From Mobula hypostoma (Eukaryota), in assembly GCF_963921235.1 (NCBI RefSeq), contig NC_086097.1, positions 112,036,001-112,100,000 on the forward strand: a DNA stretch of 64,000 nt, written 5' to 3'. Shown in pieces: positions 23,501 to 35,524 of this stretch. Position 1 is the first letter of the stretch, and the number at the start of each line of letters is the position of its first letter. The position numbers and the translations under genes are program-made. Below the pieces are notes generated by a model that searched no databases, had not been told where the DNA came from, and was given only the letters and a program-made list of their open reading frames with translations.

Positions 23501-26010
23501 GTCCTCGTACAGGATACCCTTAAGGTTAACCTCCAGGTTGAGTCGGTGGTGAAGAAGGCGAATGCAATGTTGACATTCATTTCTAGAGGAATAGAGTATA
23601 GGAGCAGGGATGTGATGTTGAGGCTCTATAAGGCACGTGAGACCTCACCTGGAATACTGTGCGCAGTTTTGGTCTCCTTATTTAAGAAAGGATGTGCTGA
23701 CGTTGGAAAGGGTACAGATAAGATTCACTAGAATGATTCCAGGAATGAGAGGGTTCACATATGAGGAACGTTTGTCTGCTCTTGGACTGTATTCCTTGGA
23801 GTTTAGAAGAATGAGGGGAGACCTCATAGAAACATTTTGAATGTTGAAAGGCATGGACAGAGTGGATGTGGCAAAGTTGTTTCCCGTTATGGAGGAGTCT
23901 AGTACGGGAGGGCATGACTTAAGGATTGAAGGGCACCATTCAGAACAGAAATGCGAAGAAATTTTTTTAGTCAGAGGGTGGTGAATCTATGGAATTTGTT
24001 GCCATGGGCAGCAGTGGAGGCCAAGTCATTGGGTGTACTTAAGGCAGAGATTAATAGGTATCTGAGTAGCCAGGGCATCAAAGGTTATGGTGAGAAGACA
24101 GGGGAGTGGGACTAAATGGGAGAATGTATCAGCTCATGATAAAATGGCAGAGCAGACTGAATGGGCCGAATGGCCGACTTCTGCTCCTTTGTCTTATGGT
24201 CTTATGGTCCATCTGGTCTCTAAGTGTGATAGTGGTTGCCGCCCATGTGGTGATTACTGATGCCTTAAAGATGCCAGCTGGTGCCACACATTCAAGACTT
24301 CTCAGTGTGTTTAGTTGGAAAGTTCTTTTTTTCCAAAGTTGATCTAGTTAGTGGCTGTGTGCTGGGAGGAAATTCCCAAAGTGGCTGTGATAACTCTGTT
24401 TGGCCTTTTTGAGTTTCTGCATATGCAATTTGGACTGAAAAATGCAGCACAGACTTTCAAATGGCTGATTGATTCTGTATTAAAAGATTTTCTTATTGTT
24501 TACCAGGATTACATACCTATCTACAGTGCATCCAAATCTGAACACATATCTAATCTCTGCACACTTTTTGAGTGCTTAAGCCAATATGAGTTGATTATCA
24601 ACCCTGCTAAATGCAGTTTGTTTTGTCAACCATTGACTTTCTCGGTCATAGCAGCTCCACAGAAGATGCGCAACCCCTCTTCTCAAAACTAGCTGTTTTT
24701 TTGGATTTCCCTCCGCCCACACTACTAAAAAGCTACAGGACTTTTTAGGCATGGTGAATTTCTATCACCACTTCATTCTGCGAGCTGCTGAACCTTTGCT
24801 CCTCCTGACCAGTTCATTTGATGATACCAAACGAGCTCTTTCTAACAGGACCCTACTGGTGCACCCTCTCTCAATGCACCCATAGCCATTACAATTGACG
24901 CCGCAGACTATGCTGTGGGTGCTGTGAATGAACAGCTGGCTGGAGACGTGTGGCAGCTGCTTGCCTTCTTCATTCGGCAGCTCTGTCCCCCTTAAGGAAG
25001 AGCCTGGTCTGTGAGCTTCTCGGTCTCTATCTCGCTGTCCGCCATTTTTGTTTTCTTCTAGTGGGTTGGCATTTCACAATATTCGTTGACCACAAACCCC
25101 TCGTGCACGCCATGGCCAAAATATCAGACCCTTGGTCTGCATGGCAGCAACACCAACTAGCCTACGCATCAGAGTTCACAACTGATACACAACATTTCAA
25201 GGGGAAGAATAATGCTGTGGCTGATTGCCTCTCCATTGAAGCTGTACACATAGGGGTTGATCATGCTGGCGTGGCAGCCAACCAAGTTACTGATCCAGAG
25301 GGCCAGGCTTAAAGAACAGCAGTTGCGGGCCTGAATTGGCTGATATTAAGTTTGAGGAGGCTGGGGTTTCTCTCCTGAGGGGTGTCACAACTGGTTGCCC
25401 ATGCCCCCTTGTGCCCACAAACTGGAGATGGACTGTTTTCGGTTCCATATGTGGCCTCTCCCATCTGGGCCAGAAGGCCTCCCAGAAACTGGTTGCATTA
25501 AAGTTTGTTTGACATGACCTCAGAAAGGATGTGCACGATTGGACTGAGCCTGTGTGGAGTGCAAACAGGAAAAAATTAACCATCATGTTCAGGTCCCATT
25601 GGTACCTTTTGAGGTCCCTGAGCGATGGTTTGACCATCTCAATGTGGACATTGTTGATCTTCTTCCCCCATCCTATGGTTTCTTGCACCTTCCTATTATG
25701 GTGGACCATACTACCCAGTGGCCAGAGGTCATTCCTCTAGCATCGACAATGGTTGCAGTTGTGGCTCAGGTGTTCATCAGCACCTGGGTTACTCAGTCTG
25801 ATACCCCTTCTGATATTTCCTCTGACCGAGGTCCCCAATTCATTTCAGGCCTCTCGGCTGCAATGGCCGAGAACCTCTATGTTAGGATACATCACACCAT
25901 GGTGTATCACCCACAGACCAGTGGCCTATGTACGTGTTTTCTCCACTCCTTAAAGACTGCTCTGAGGGCTTCCCTGACCAATGAGTGCTGCTATGATTGG
26001 TTCCCATGTT
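20590..26010 (+). mobile_element. Heavily decayed Ty3/gypsy internal region (gag-RT-RH-IN), split by a CR1; no LTRs recognised
   Basis: DGKPSELMDHML (gag); SPWASPL|HLVSK; MQFGLKNAAQTF; VDHKPL; integrase FDHLNVDIV..SDRGPQF..YHPQTSGL. Confidence 0.85.
21401..24209 (+). mobile_element. CR1 LINE, near-complete ORF2 (APE + RT) with stops and frameshifts
   Basis: AITETWL, IYRPPN, GDFN, SDHN (APE); 616-aa ORF 21881..23731 with YLDFQKAFDKVPH, GVPQGSVLGP and FAGDTK (catalytic D lost); (TCTTATGG)2 tail. Confidence 0.95.
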
Positions 26011-27009
26011 GCCAAGTAATCCTCCACCCTCCATTATCAATAACTTGAGGATCACCATTGATGAATTATGTACTTAGGCTACTCACACAGTAGTTTGTGT
26101 ACAGAAGCAGTTTGGAGGCTTGGTATCATGTCGTGATTGACTCATTTCTTTGCACACCAAAGACTTTTCACCATCTTCAAGACAATACTCTGGAACATGG
26201 TGAATAACTCTCCATTTGCCTAGTTGTGTGTAGCTCCAACAGTACTCTAGAATCTTAACAACATTCAGGAGCCTGCTTAGCTGGAACTCCAACCATCCTT
26301 AAAACATTCACTCCCCCCATCAAGGCTGCACAGTTGCATTGTGTGTAAGCCTCAAATTGTGCTTTTTGAGCCCAAACCTACATCATCAAGAACAATGGAA
26401 TCAGGGCAGGGGAATACAGGCCTTTGTACTTTACTTTCCATTACAAATCTTTCTTACTTGGAAATATATTGCTGTTCTTACATCTTCAATGATTCTACAT
26501 TTCAGACTTCCCTACCCTAAAAACATGAGACAACTTTTGCCTGAATGGTTCAAGAAAGTGGCTCACTTTTATCTTCTCAGGAAAAATTCTCAAGTACCTT
26601 CTCAAGAACAATGCCACTGTGCCCAGAGAACGTTGGTGAAGTTTTCTGCATTTTGGATGTAGACTTGGACCACAGACTTTTTCAGACTTGTAGTTTTTTT
26701 GTATTCTGTGTTTTTCGGCCAATCTTTCTCATTTTTTTTACGTGTGAGGGGAATTTGGGGGTTGATGTGCCTGTTCCTTTTTAGTTTGTTTTTTTGTGCA
26801 GGGAAGGGGGGATTTGGGGGTAGATGATAATGCTGCCATTCTTTTCTTTTCATTCTTGGTTTCATGGCTACCCAGAAAAGAAGAATTTCGGAATTGTATA
26901 ATTTGATAATAAATGAACTTTTAAACGTTAGATTTAGGATTGGACTGAATCAAGTCGGCTTCAGTGATGAAGGTCTCAAGAGAGAACATGCACTTGGCAT
27001 TTCTTTCTT

Positions 27010-27550
27010 TTCTTTCTTTTTCAATCTTTTTATTAATTTCATAAAATATAAACATAACATAGCAATAATACAAACTTGTTGGAAATACATTGTTATACTT
27101 AAGATGAGTAATTATAAAACCAAATAGTATAAATTGACAAAACTCCCAATCATATAGGATCACAATGAATAATGCAGGACAAAAAAAAATAACTGGAGAA
27201 AAATCATGAAAAAGAAAAAAAATTAAAAAAAACAAACCCCACCCCCCAAAAAAATCTAATCTATACAGAATTAGTCAACTAAACTAAAAAGACTTGGGCA
27301 ATTTTAACAACGTAAAAATGGAAGAAAAGAAAACCTTAGTGTCAACGACTCCATTCCTCTCAACCAACACTACAGAGAAGTAAAATAAGTTTGGAAATGG
27401 TCGAATTACATCATATGAAAATGCTGAATAAATGGCCTCCAAGTTTTTTCAAATTTAATGGAAGGGTCATAAACCACACTTCTAATTTTTTTCCAAATTC
27501 AAACACAACATAGTTTGTGAAAACCAGTGAAATACAGTAGGAGGGGGCAT
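27010..27550 (-). mobile_element. Probable L1/Tx1-like LINE 3' end
   Basis: Minus-strand AATAAA and A-rich tail at ~27010-27035, T-rich 3' UTR, ORF2 C-terminus-like remnant. Family call tentative. Confidence 0.45.
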
Positions 27551-27597
27551 TTCTAACTATATCTCTAACTATATTAACTATATTTCTAACTATATTC

Positions 27598-28515
27598 ATT
27601 CACTTTATTAGGTATATCTACATATCTGTTTGTAAATTCAACTACCTAATCATCAAATCATGCGGCATCAACTCAATGCATAAAAGGATGTAGACATGGT
27701 CAAGAGGTTCAATTGTCATCCAGACGAACATCAGAATGGGGAAGAAATCTGATCTAAGTGACTTTGACCATGGAATGATTGTTGGTGGCAGACGGTGTTT
27801 TGACTATCTCAGAAACTGTTGATCTCCGGGATTTTCATGCACAGAGTTTACAGAGAATAGTGTGAGAAACAAAAAAATGTGCAATGAACAGCAGTTTTTT
27901 TGGTGGAAATCGCCTTTTTAATGAGAGAGGTAAGAGGAGAATAGAGTGGTGGGGTGGAAATAGGCCTCTACCAAATAAGGTGTAAGGCACTCTTTCCCTC
28001 TGCTAGCCTGCAGTTTACCCTTGGGCAAGATGTAGCTCCTGCCCTGCCTCACGATCAGGGTCATGTGAAACCATGGGAACAGGTGGTGGATGGTCGTATG
28101 AGCAGCTGGTGTTATATCACAAGTGCTGGTTATGTGACCACTGACACCAAGCACACTCTCTGAAGAGTATTGATAATGGCTGGGGTCACCCATCTTGTAA
28201 AGACACTGCCCAGAGGAAAGCAATGGCAAACCACTTCTCTAGAAAAATTTGCCAAGAACAATCATGGTCATGAGACTGTGTTCACCTCCGTCATACAACA
28301 GGGCACATAATAATGATGATGATGAAGAGGAGAACGTCAGATTGGTTCAAACTGACAGGAAGGCAACTGTCACTCAAATAACCATATGTTACAACAGTGA
28401 TCTGCAAAAGAGCATCTCTGAATGCACAACACATAGAATCTTGAAGTGGATGGGCTACAGCAGCAAAAGAACACAAACAGACACTAGTGGCCACTTTATT
28501 AGATGCATGAGGCAT
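27598..28515 (+). mobile_element. Tc1-like DNA transposon relic (non-autonomous), interrupted by a SINE
   Basis: MGKKSDLSDFDHGMIVGGRR-type transposase N-terminus at 27737; terminal motif gtggccactttattag; homologous to 54415-54945. Confidence 0.75.
27942..28324 (+). mobile_element. SINE-like retroposon with (GAT)n tail and 10-bp TSD
   Basis: TSD AAGAGGAGAA at 27932-41 and 28325-34; second copy at 61-450. Confidence 0.85.
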
Positions 28516-29148
28516 ATATATTTCAAATAGTGTGATTTGAAGTGGAAGATGTGGTGTGTTTGGAGAATTCAACTACTGCTCAGGGGTCGTAAAAAATGAT
28601 TGATCTTGAGATGGAGGCAGGGTCAGTGGATCTGGGCTCCTGTCATCAATTAGGTTGATCAGCATAACAGACAACAAGTGGGGGTATTTGATTTAGTTGA
28701 AAATGAGGCACAGTAAGTGAAGAAAAATTGGAGAAGAATAGATACTAATGACAAGAAATGGACTTAATGGAAAACATTTCAGAAAGAGTTCAGTCTATCT
28801 GTTGTGCCTACCATGTCTTTCTGCTACAGTTTTCAACAATGTGTGCAACCACTTTCTTCCCGTTTTACCTTAAAAACCTTTCTGTTGCAAACATTTATCT
28901 AAATCTTCCCCTTTGAAAGAAACTAAGAGAACTTCTCAGATTGTGATTAAGATCATAACAATGTGTAAAGTTGTGTCATTTAGTTTAAGATTCTGTTTTA
29001 TGATGCTCAGCCACACAGTCTCAAGAAGTTGTTTTCTTCCTTTATGCAACATCTACGATTTTAAATACATTACCTTAATCTTTGCTCTAAGAACAATTCC
29101 AGCTCCACTTTGCTGTGCATAACTGAAACTCTTTGTTCTTGATAAAAG

Positions 29149-29154
29149 TTTATT
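29149..29154 (-). terminator. Probable DCSTAMP polyadenylation signal AATAAA
   Basis: tttatt on + strand, about 280 nt past the stop codon in non-repetitive AT-rich sequence. Confidence 0.6.
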
Positions 29155-29434
29155 CATGGGGCAGAAGAGAGTGTGAGGCAAACTTTTCCTGCACCATCAG
29201 TGAATAATTAAACAACATTATGGAACAGAATTCATTTCAAGCCAAGTTACTTAACAAATTCTACTGGTAACATAAATATGATATAAAATAATAGAAAATC
29301 ACATAAAATACAGCAAGATCTCTACAATTGGCTGCAAAGCATATTTATAATAATCGATAAAAGTCAACCACTTCAAGTTATAACCACCCATGAACTAATG
29401 TTTGACCTTTCCTTAACATTTGATCCATCATCAG

Positions 29435-29548
29435 TCAGAGCTCAATGTGGACTTCATCAGAGCTCTGGTAATATATGATCATATTATTCTGCTTCTGTAG
29501 TTCATTTTTTTGTTGCTTCATTTTAAAGATGGGAAACCAGAAGGAAAT
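29435..29548 (-). CDS. DCSTAMP: DC-STAMP terminal coding exon (37 codons + TGA); not in ORF track
   Basis: Acceptor ttttgtaatccctacag| at 29549. Phase-0 translation ISFWFPIFKMKQQKNELQKQNNMIIYYQSSDEVHIEL*, matching the recalled mammalian last exon IHFWLPVLKM. Spliced product 341+111+37 = 489 aa. Confidence 0.9.
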   Translation of the reverse strand: MSFWFPIFKMKQQKNELQKQNNMIIYYQSSDEVHIEL

Positions 29549-29909
29549 CTGTAGGGATTACAAAATAGAAAAAATGAAGCTTAGAATATTTGCATTTACT
29601 CAAATATTTATTTTTAAAAAACTAATAATTTCAGAAATCTGGCTGTTCAGACATTCTTACGTTATAACTTTGTAGGATGAATGATGGGAGAGAATGAAAC
29701 CCCGGCTAGAAAACGCAGAGACAAAAACAGTATTCTGAAATAATTTTTTTTTAGTATTCTCAGTTTCATTTTGATTTGGCTTTTCAACATCTGCATTCCT
29801 TTGTTCCATTAAAATCAGAGAGGCCAGGGGTGGGAGATTCCATGTCACTCATTGATGGTAGCCTCTTAATAAACTTATCCATGGAACGTCAATTCACGAA
29901 TTAAGAGAA

Positions 29910-30260
29910 TTAAAGTCATGGAGCACTACAGCACAGAATCTTTGGCCCATCTAGTCCATGTTGAACTATTGTTCTGTCTAGTCCTATCAATCTACACCTG
30001 GGCTACAGCACTCCATACCCCTTCCATCCATGTACTTAACCTAACTTCTCTTCAATTTTGAAATCAAACCTCTATCCACCACTTCTGCTGGGAGCTTGCT
30101 CCACACTCTCACCACCCTTTGAGTGAAGAAGTTCTCCCCTCAGGTTTGCAGAAACATTTCACCTTTCACCCTTAACCCATGACCTCTAGTTGTAGTCTTA
30201 CTCAACCCCAGTGGAAAAAGCCTGATAGCATTTACTCTATCTATACCCCTCTTAATTGTA
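29910..30260 (-). mobile_element. CR1 LINE 3' end
   Basis: Reverse complement resembles 18020-18405. Confidence 0.75.
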
Positions 30261-30779
30261 TTATCTGAGCTTCCAAGAAACGTAGGGAGAGAAATTCATG
30301 CATGGTTTGATTGTGTTATGCACACATCTTAGTTACTTTAAGAATTAAGTTCCACAGGATTCAATCCAAAATCAAATTTCTAGATGAGAACTTAATGGTA
30401 CTATTTATACCATTCTAGACATGTCTATGAAACTACAGAATGTAATCTGATTAAACCAGTGACCATCTGCAAGGGCAGATGGAGCTTTGGAAAAGGCAAT
30501 TGATTCTCTTTTCAAAGTTAGGTGGATGCCTTACTAGATATAAAGAACTTGGCTTCAGTCTCGCATTCTGATAGATTTTTTTGCCCAGTGGAAGGAGTTA
30601 AAAATGTCACACCCCTCAATACTGTTAATCTTTGACCAACATTTTACAGCGCTCTTTTATTTCTCATTTACATTTTTATTGACTTTTCATTTTTATGTGG
30701 ATTTTCCACATTGTACCCAGCTGATGGTCTGAGGGAAGAAAAAGATGTGAGAAGAAACAGTGAGCTAAAATGGAGGAAA

Positions 30780-31165
30780 GTGGACGTTAGATACAACACC
30801 AAGTCATGTCATCTGCAGAAATTCTCTGATGACTCCGCAATAGTTGGGTGTATAAAGGGAGGACAGGAGCATGAATACAAGGCCCTGGTGAAGGACTTCG
30901 TCAAATGGTGCAATCTCAATCAACTGCAGCTCAATATTAGTAAGACAAAGGAGACTTTAGGAAGTCTCAGCCTACATTGCTCCCTGTTACTATTGATGGT
31001 GAGGATGTGGTTGAAGTGATGACTCCCTCCTGTTAGACTGTTTGTGGTAACTTATTTTTTATTCTTTCTACTTTTCTTTTAATATCTTTCTCTGTGCACT
31101 TGTAATGCTACTGTGATACTATAATTTCCTTTGGGATCAATAAAGTATCTATCCATCCATCTATT
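30780..31165 (+). mobile_element. Rex1/Babar-like LINE fragment
   Basis: CHLQKFSDDSAIVG..LQLNISKTKE; ggatcaataaagt + (ATCY)n tail. Confidence 0.8.
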
Positions 31166-31429
31166 AGAACTGCATGAATCATGGATTTGACACAACAGGT
31201 ACAAGATGTTGTTGTGCAGGACTGCACATGGGTAATAAAGTTGACTGCTAGGTTAACTATCAGGCTAAGATTATGAATGCTCCATTTCAACCTGAGACAA
31301 TAGCTAGGGAGAGTGCTGAACTCTCCGCAACAGCCTGCATTGAGGACATTTTTTGTTTTTTATTTGTAGTGTTAGGCTGGCCAATTTCCTATCCATGTTC
31401 ATCAAAAAATCCTTCAAGTTCTGCTTTAT

Positions 31430-33360
31430 GTCACAAAGAGAAAATATGAGATAGATCTGGCAAATAAGATTATGGAAAATCTAAGGGGCTCTAAATCTAT
31501 ATTAAGAGTAAAAGAGTGGCTAGTGAGAGAATAGGTCCTCTTAGAGAGCACCATGGTTGCCTATGTCTTGAACCACAGGAAATGGATGGGATTTTTAATG
31601 AATATATCCCCTCATTGCTTACTGAGAAGGAAATTGTAGTTGCTCAAGAGGAAAAGGAAACAAGTGGTGATGTTTTGGAGGACATTCATATTATCAGGAA
31701 AGAGATATTTGTAGCCTTACCGCACATTAAGATGGATAAACCCTGGGGCTTGATTGAGTGCATCCTGAGACTTTGTGGAGGCTAGAGAGGAAATTGCAGA
31801 GGTCCTAATGGAGATAGTTGCTTCATCATTAGCTACTGGTGAAGTTCCTGAAGACTGGAAGGTGACTAATGTTGTCCTGTTGTCTAATGGAATGGCATTT
31901 TGGATGGACATAGTCTGATTAGGAGGAGAGGTAATAATAAAGCTAGATGAGTGTAGGGCAGTGGATGTTTGGACTTTAACAAGGCCTTCAACAAGGACCC
32001 ACATGGTAGGGTGGCCTGGAGGGTTGGGTTCCATGGATCCCAGAGAGGGCTTGTTAGGTGGAATCAAAATTGGCTTGAAAGTAGGAAGCTGAGGTGGTGG
32101 TTCAAGGTTGTTTCTTGGAACGGAACTAGAGGTATACTGCAAGGGTTGATGTTGGGATCGTTTTCATTCATTATTTATATAAATGATTTGGATGCAAATG
32201 CATGAGGCTTAGTCAATGTGTTTGTGGATGACACAAAATTAGGAGATGTTGTTAGTAATAAAGAAAGTTATTGTAGATTACAGGGGAATCGTGATCTTTT
32301 AGGGAAGTGGGCTCAAGAGTGGAAAATGGATTTCAGTACAGATAACTGAGACATGATGCGTATTGAAAAGTCAAACCAGCATAGGATTTTCACTACGAAT
32401 GGTAATTCAGTGAGCAGTCAGTGGTGGGAAGGATGAGTAGTTTTAAATTCCAGGGTGTCAACATCTCAGAGGAACTACCTTGAGCTCAATGTATTGATGC
32501 AATAACAAAGAAGGCACACCAATGGCTCTACTTCATTAAGAGTTTGAGGTGATTTGATATGTCACCAAAGACTAGCAATTTTCTAGAAATGTACAGTGGG
32601 GAGCTTATGACTAGTTGCATCAAAGTTTGGTATAGAGGCTCCAATGCACAGGATCACAAAAGGCTGCGGAGAGTTGTAAACTACACCAACTCCATCATAG
32701 GCACAATCCTCTGCACCTCTAGGACATCTTCAAGAGGACATCATAACTAAACCCCCTCACCATCCAGGACGTACCATCTTCATGTGGCTACCATCAGGGA
32801 AGAAGTACAGGAGCCTGAAGACCCACTCACAATGTTTTAAGAACAACTTCTTCCATCCACCATGAGATTTCTAAATGAGTGCATGAGCCCACAAGCACTA
32901 CCTTGTTATCCATCTTTTGCCCATTTTTATACTTTGCATGCATATATTTTTGTAACTTGTAATAATTGTATTATCTTGACTGTATTGCTGCCACAAAACA
33001 AATTTCACGACATACTGTATGTAATGATAAACTATTACCAATAATATGTAAGAGTAATAATAAACCTAATTTTCTGATTCTTTGGCAATAGGACAGCAAT
33101 GGAACAGAGGGAGCTAGGAGTATAACTGCATAGTTCATTGAAAGTTGGTGTCACAGGTGAAAAAGGCATCTGGTTTACTGGCCTTCATCAGTTATGGCAT
33201 TGAGTATAGGAGTTAGGACATTATGTGAATGATGAGGCCACATTTGGAGAACTGTGCACAGTTTTGGACACTCTTCTATAGGGAATGTGTAGATAAACTG
33301 GAAAGAGTGCAGAAAAGATTTATGAGGATGTGGCCAGGACTATAGGTTCTGAGTTATATC
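31430..33360 (+). mobile_element. Old CR1 LINE with a nested Rex-like fragment (~32405-33080)
   Basis: DFNKAFNKDPH, YINDLD; Rex-like KRLRRVVN..LPSGKKYRSL segment inside. Confidence 0.75.
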
Positions 33361-34229
33361 TTGGCCTTAAACCATGCCCCCTAGTTTGATAATTCTCCAT
33401 TCAGGGGAAGCTATCTCTCACCATCTACTCTCCCTCAGAATGATTCATGTTTCACTTTGACCACTGCTCATTCTTCTGAAATTGAGAAAATACAGTCTTA
33501 TCAACTCAACATTTCCCCATAGGAGTATCTCTCCTTCCTAGGAAGCAACCTAAAGAACCTTCTTAGAACTGCCTTTGAGTAGAGTCCTATACAGTTGTAG
33601 CAAAACTTCACTACAGTCCTGCAGTATTCCCCTTACACCAAAGGCTGACACTACATTTACCTTCTTAATTACACAGTGTATCGGTATCCTAACTTCCTGA
33701 AATTTGTTTTACAAGTACACACAGGTCTCTCTGCGCACTGGCAAGATAGTCTCACAATATTAAGGTAGTATTCAGTTTTTCTATTCTTCCAGCTAAGGTG
33801 GATAATCTCACTGTCATGGTCCGGTCCGGTTCACAGTCTGGTCCATCAACCCTTGCTCCAGGTTTTCCTGTCTACCCTGTTTCTGTCCTTGTTGAGCTCT
33901 AATTGAGGCAGCTGATGCTCGTTGGGGCTGGCTGCATAAATAACTTCAGAGACCAGGGCGTGGCTGCTGGATTGTTCTTGTCCTTACTCCTTGTATCCCT
34001 TCCTCTGCCTTCTGTTTCCTCGCCTGAAGCCCTGCCTTGTCTTGCCGGTAACTCTCACCTCACTTGAAGTTCTCGTCTCGCCTTGCTTTGCCAGAAGCCT
34101 TGCCTTGTCTTGCCGGTAACTTTCACCTCACCTGAAGTTCTCGTCTCACCTTGCATTGCCTGAAGCCTTGCCTTGTCTTGCTGGTAACTCTCGCCTCATC
34201 TCGCCTGCAGTCTTGTCCTGGAGCCACCC

Positions 34230-34810
34230 TGTACCTAGCTCTCTTCCTGTCCCTTGCCTTCGCCCAGGTAAGCCAGGCTGTCTTGCCATTACCCTGCGGC
34301 TGGTTCTGTCCCTTCCTGTCCCTTGCCTCCATCGGGTAAGCCAGGCCGTCTTGCCGTACCTACGGTTGGTTCTGTCCCTTCCTGTCCCATGCCTCCGTCG
34401 GGTGGTGATCCACGCCCTGCCCAGGAGTACCGCGCCCTGCCCAGGAGGAGCCTGCCTAGCCTCAAGCCTGAAGACTCCAGCCTCCTGCCTCCTGCCAAGC
34501 CTCACCTCAAGTCTCTAGCCTCTAGCCTCAAGCCTGAAGACTCCAGCCTCCTGCCTCCTGCCAAGCCGCGCCTCGTCTCTAGTCTCTAGCCCCAAGCCTG
34601 AAGACCCCAGCCTCCTGCCTCCTGCCATGCCTCGTCTCTAGCCTCTAGCCCCAAGCCTGAAGACCCCAGCCTCCTGCCTCCTGCCACGCCTCGTCTCTAG
34701 CCTCTAGCCTGAAGCCTGAAGACTCCAGCCTCCTGCCTCCTGCCAAGCCTCGTCTCTAGCCTCAAGCCTGAAGACTCCAGCCTCATCCTGCCTGCCTGCC
34801 AAGCCTCGTC
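34230..34810 (+). repeat. Two tandem minisatellite arrays within LTR1
   Basis: ~57-bp unit ggtaagccagg..gttctgtcccttcctgtccc (x2) and ~45-60-bp unit ctagcc(t/c)caagcctgaagac(t/c)ccagcctcctgcc (x6). Confidence 0.9.
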
Positions 34811-35041
34811 CTTGCCTAGTTCTGGTGTCCGAGCCAGAGGAAAGACCCAGGTACTGGTTCCTTGTCCAATCTCTGGCTCGGAGTCCAAGCCCGGGCTCCT
34901 AGCTCTCTTGTCCAGTCCTGTTCTGGGTTCCCGGTTTTCGTGTCCATGTCCTTGCCCTCACCTTGTATCCTAGTCCTGTCCCTAGTATTTCAGTGTCTGT
35001 GTCTTGCACTTGGGTCCATTCCCAGCCATCTCCTTGCGTCA

Positions 35042-35053
35042 GAACAATCCAGC
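35042..35053 (+). promoter_or_regulatory. Self-priming primer binding site
   Basis: GAACAATCCAGC is the exact reverse complement of GCTGGATTGTTC at 33966-33977 (and 35371-35382), ~30 nt downstream of the TATA-like CATAAATA (33935-42). Confidence 0.85.
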
Positions 35054-35524
35054 CACCCATGGACCCAACAACACAGACACCGTTATTTTCCTCTTGCCAC
35101 CTGGAGTTCCTTTCTGTTAAGTACCCTCCCACCTGCCCAGGTCATCCATTGTCCGGATACCCTGTTTGGTTGCCAGGAGGCTCCCGTAGAGGGGGGGTAC
35201 TGTCATGGTCCAGTCTGTGAAGTCCGTATTCTGGTTCACGGTCCGGTCCATCGACCCTTGCTCCAGGTTTTCCTGTCTACCCTGTTTCTGTCCTTGTTGA
35301 GCTCCAATTGAGGCAGTTGATGCTCGTTGGGGCTGGCTGCATAAATACCTCCAGAGACCAGGGTGTGCCTGCTGGATTGTTCTTGTCCTTACTCCTTGTA
35401 TCTCTTCCTCTGCCTTCTGTTTCCTCGCCTGAAGCCTTGCCTTTTCTTGCCGGTAACTCTCGCCTCGCCTGAGGTTCTCGTTTTGCCTTGCATTGCCTGA
35501 TGCCTGCTGGTCTTGCTGGTAACT

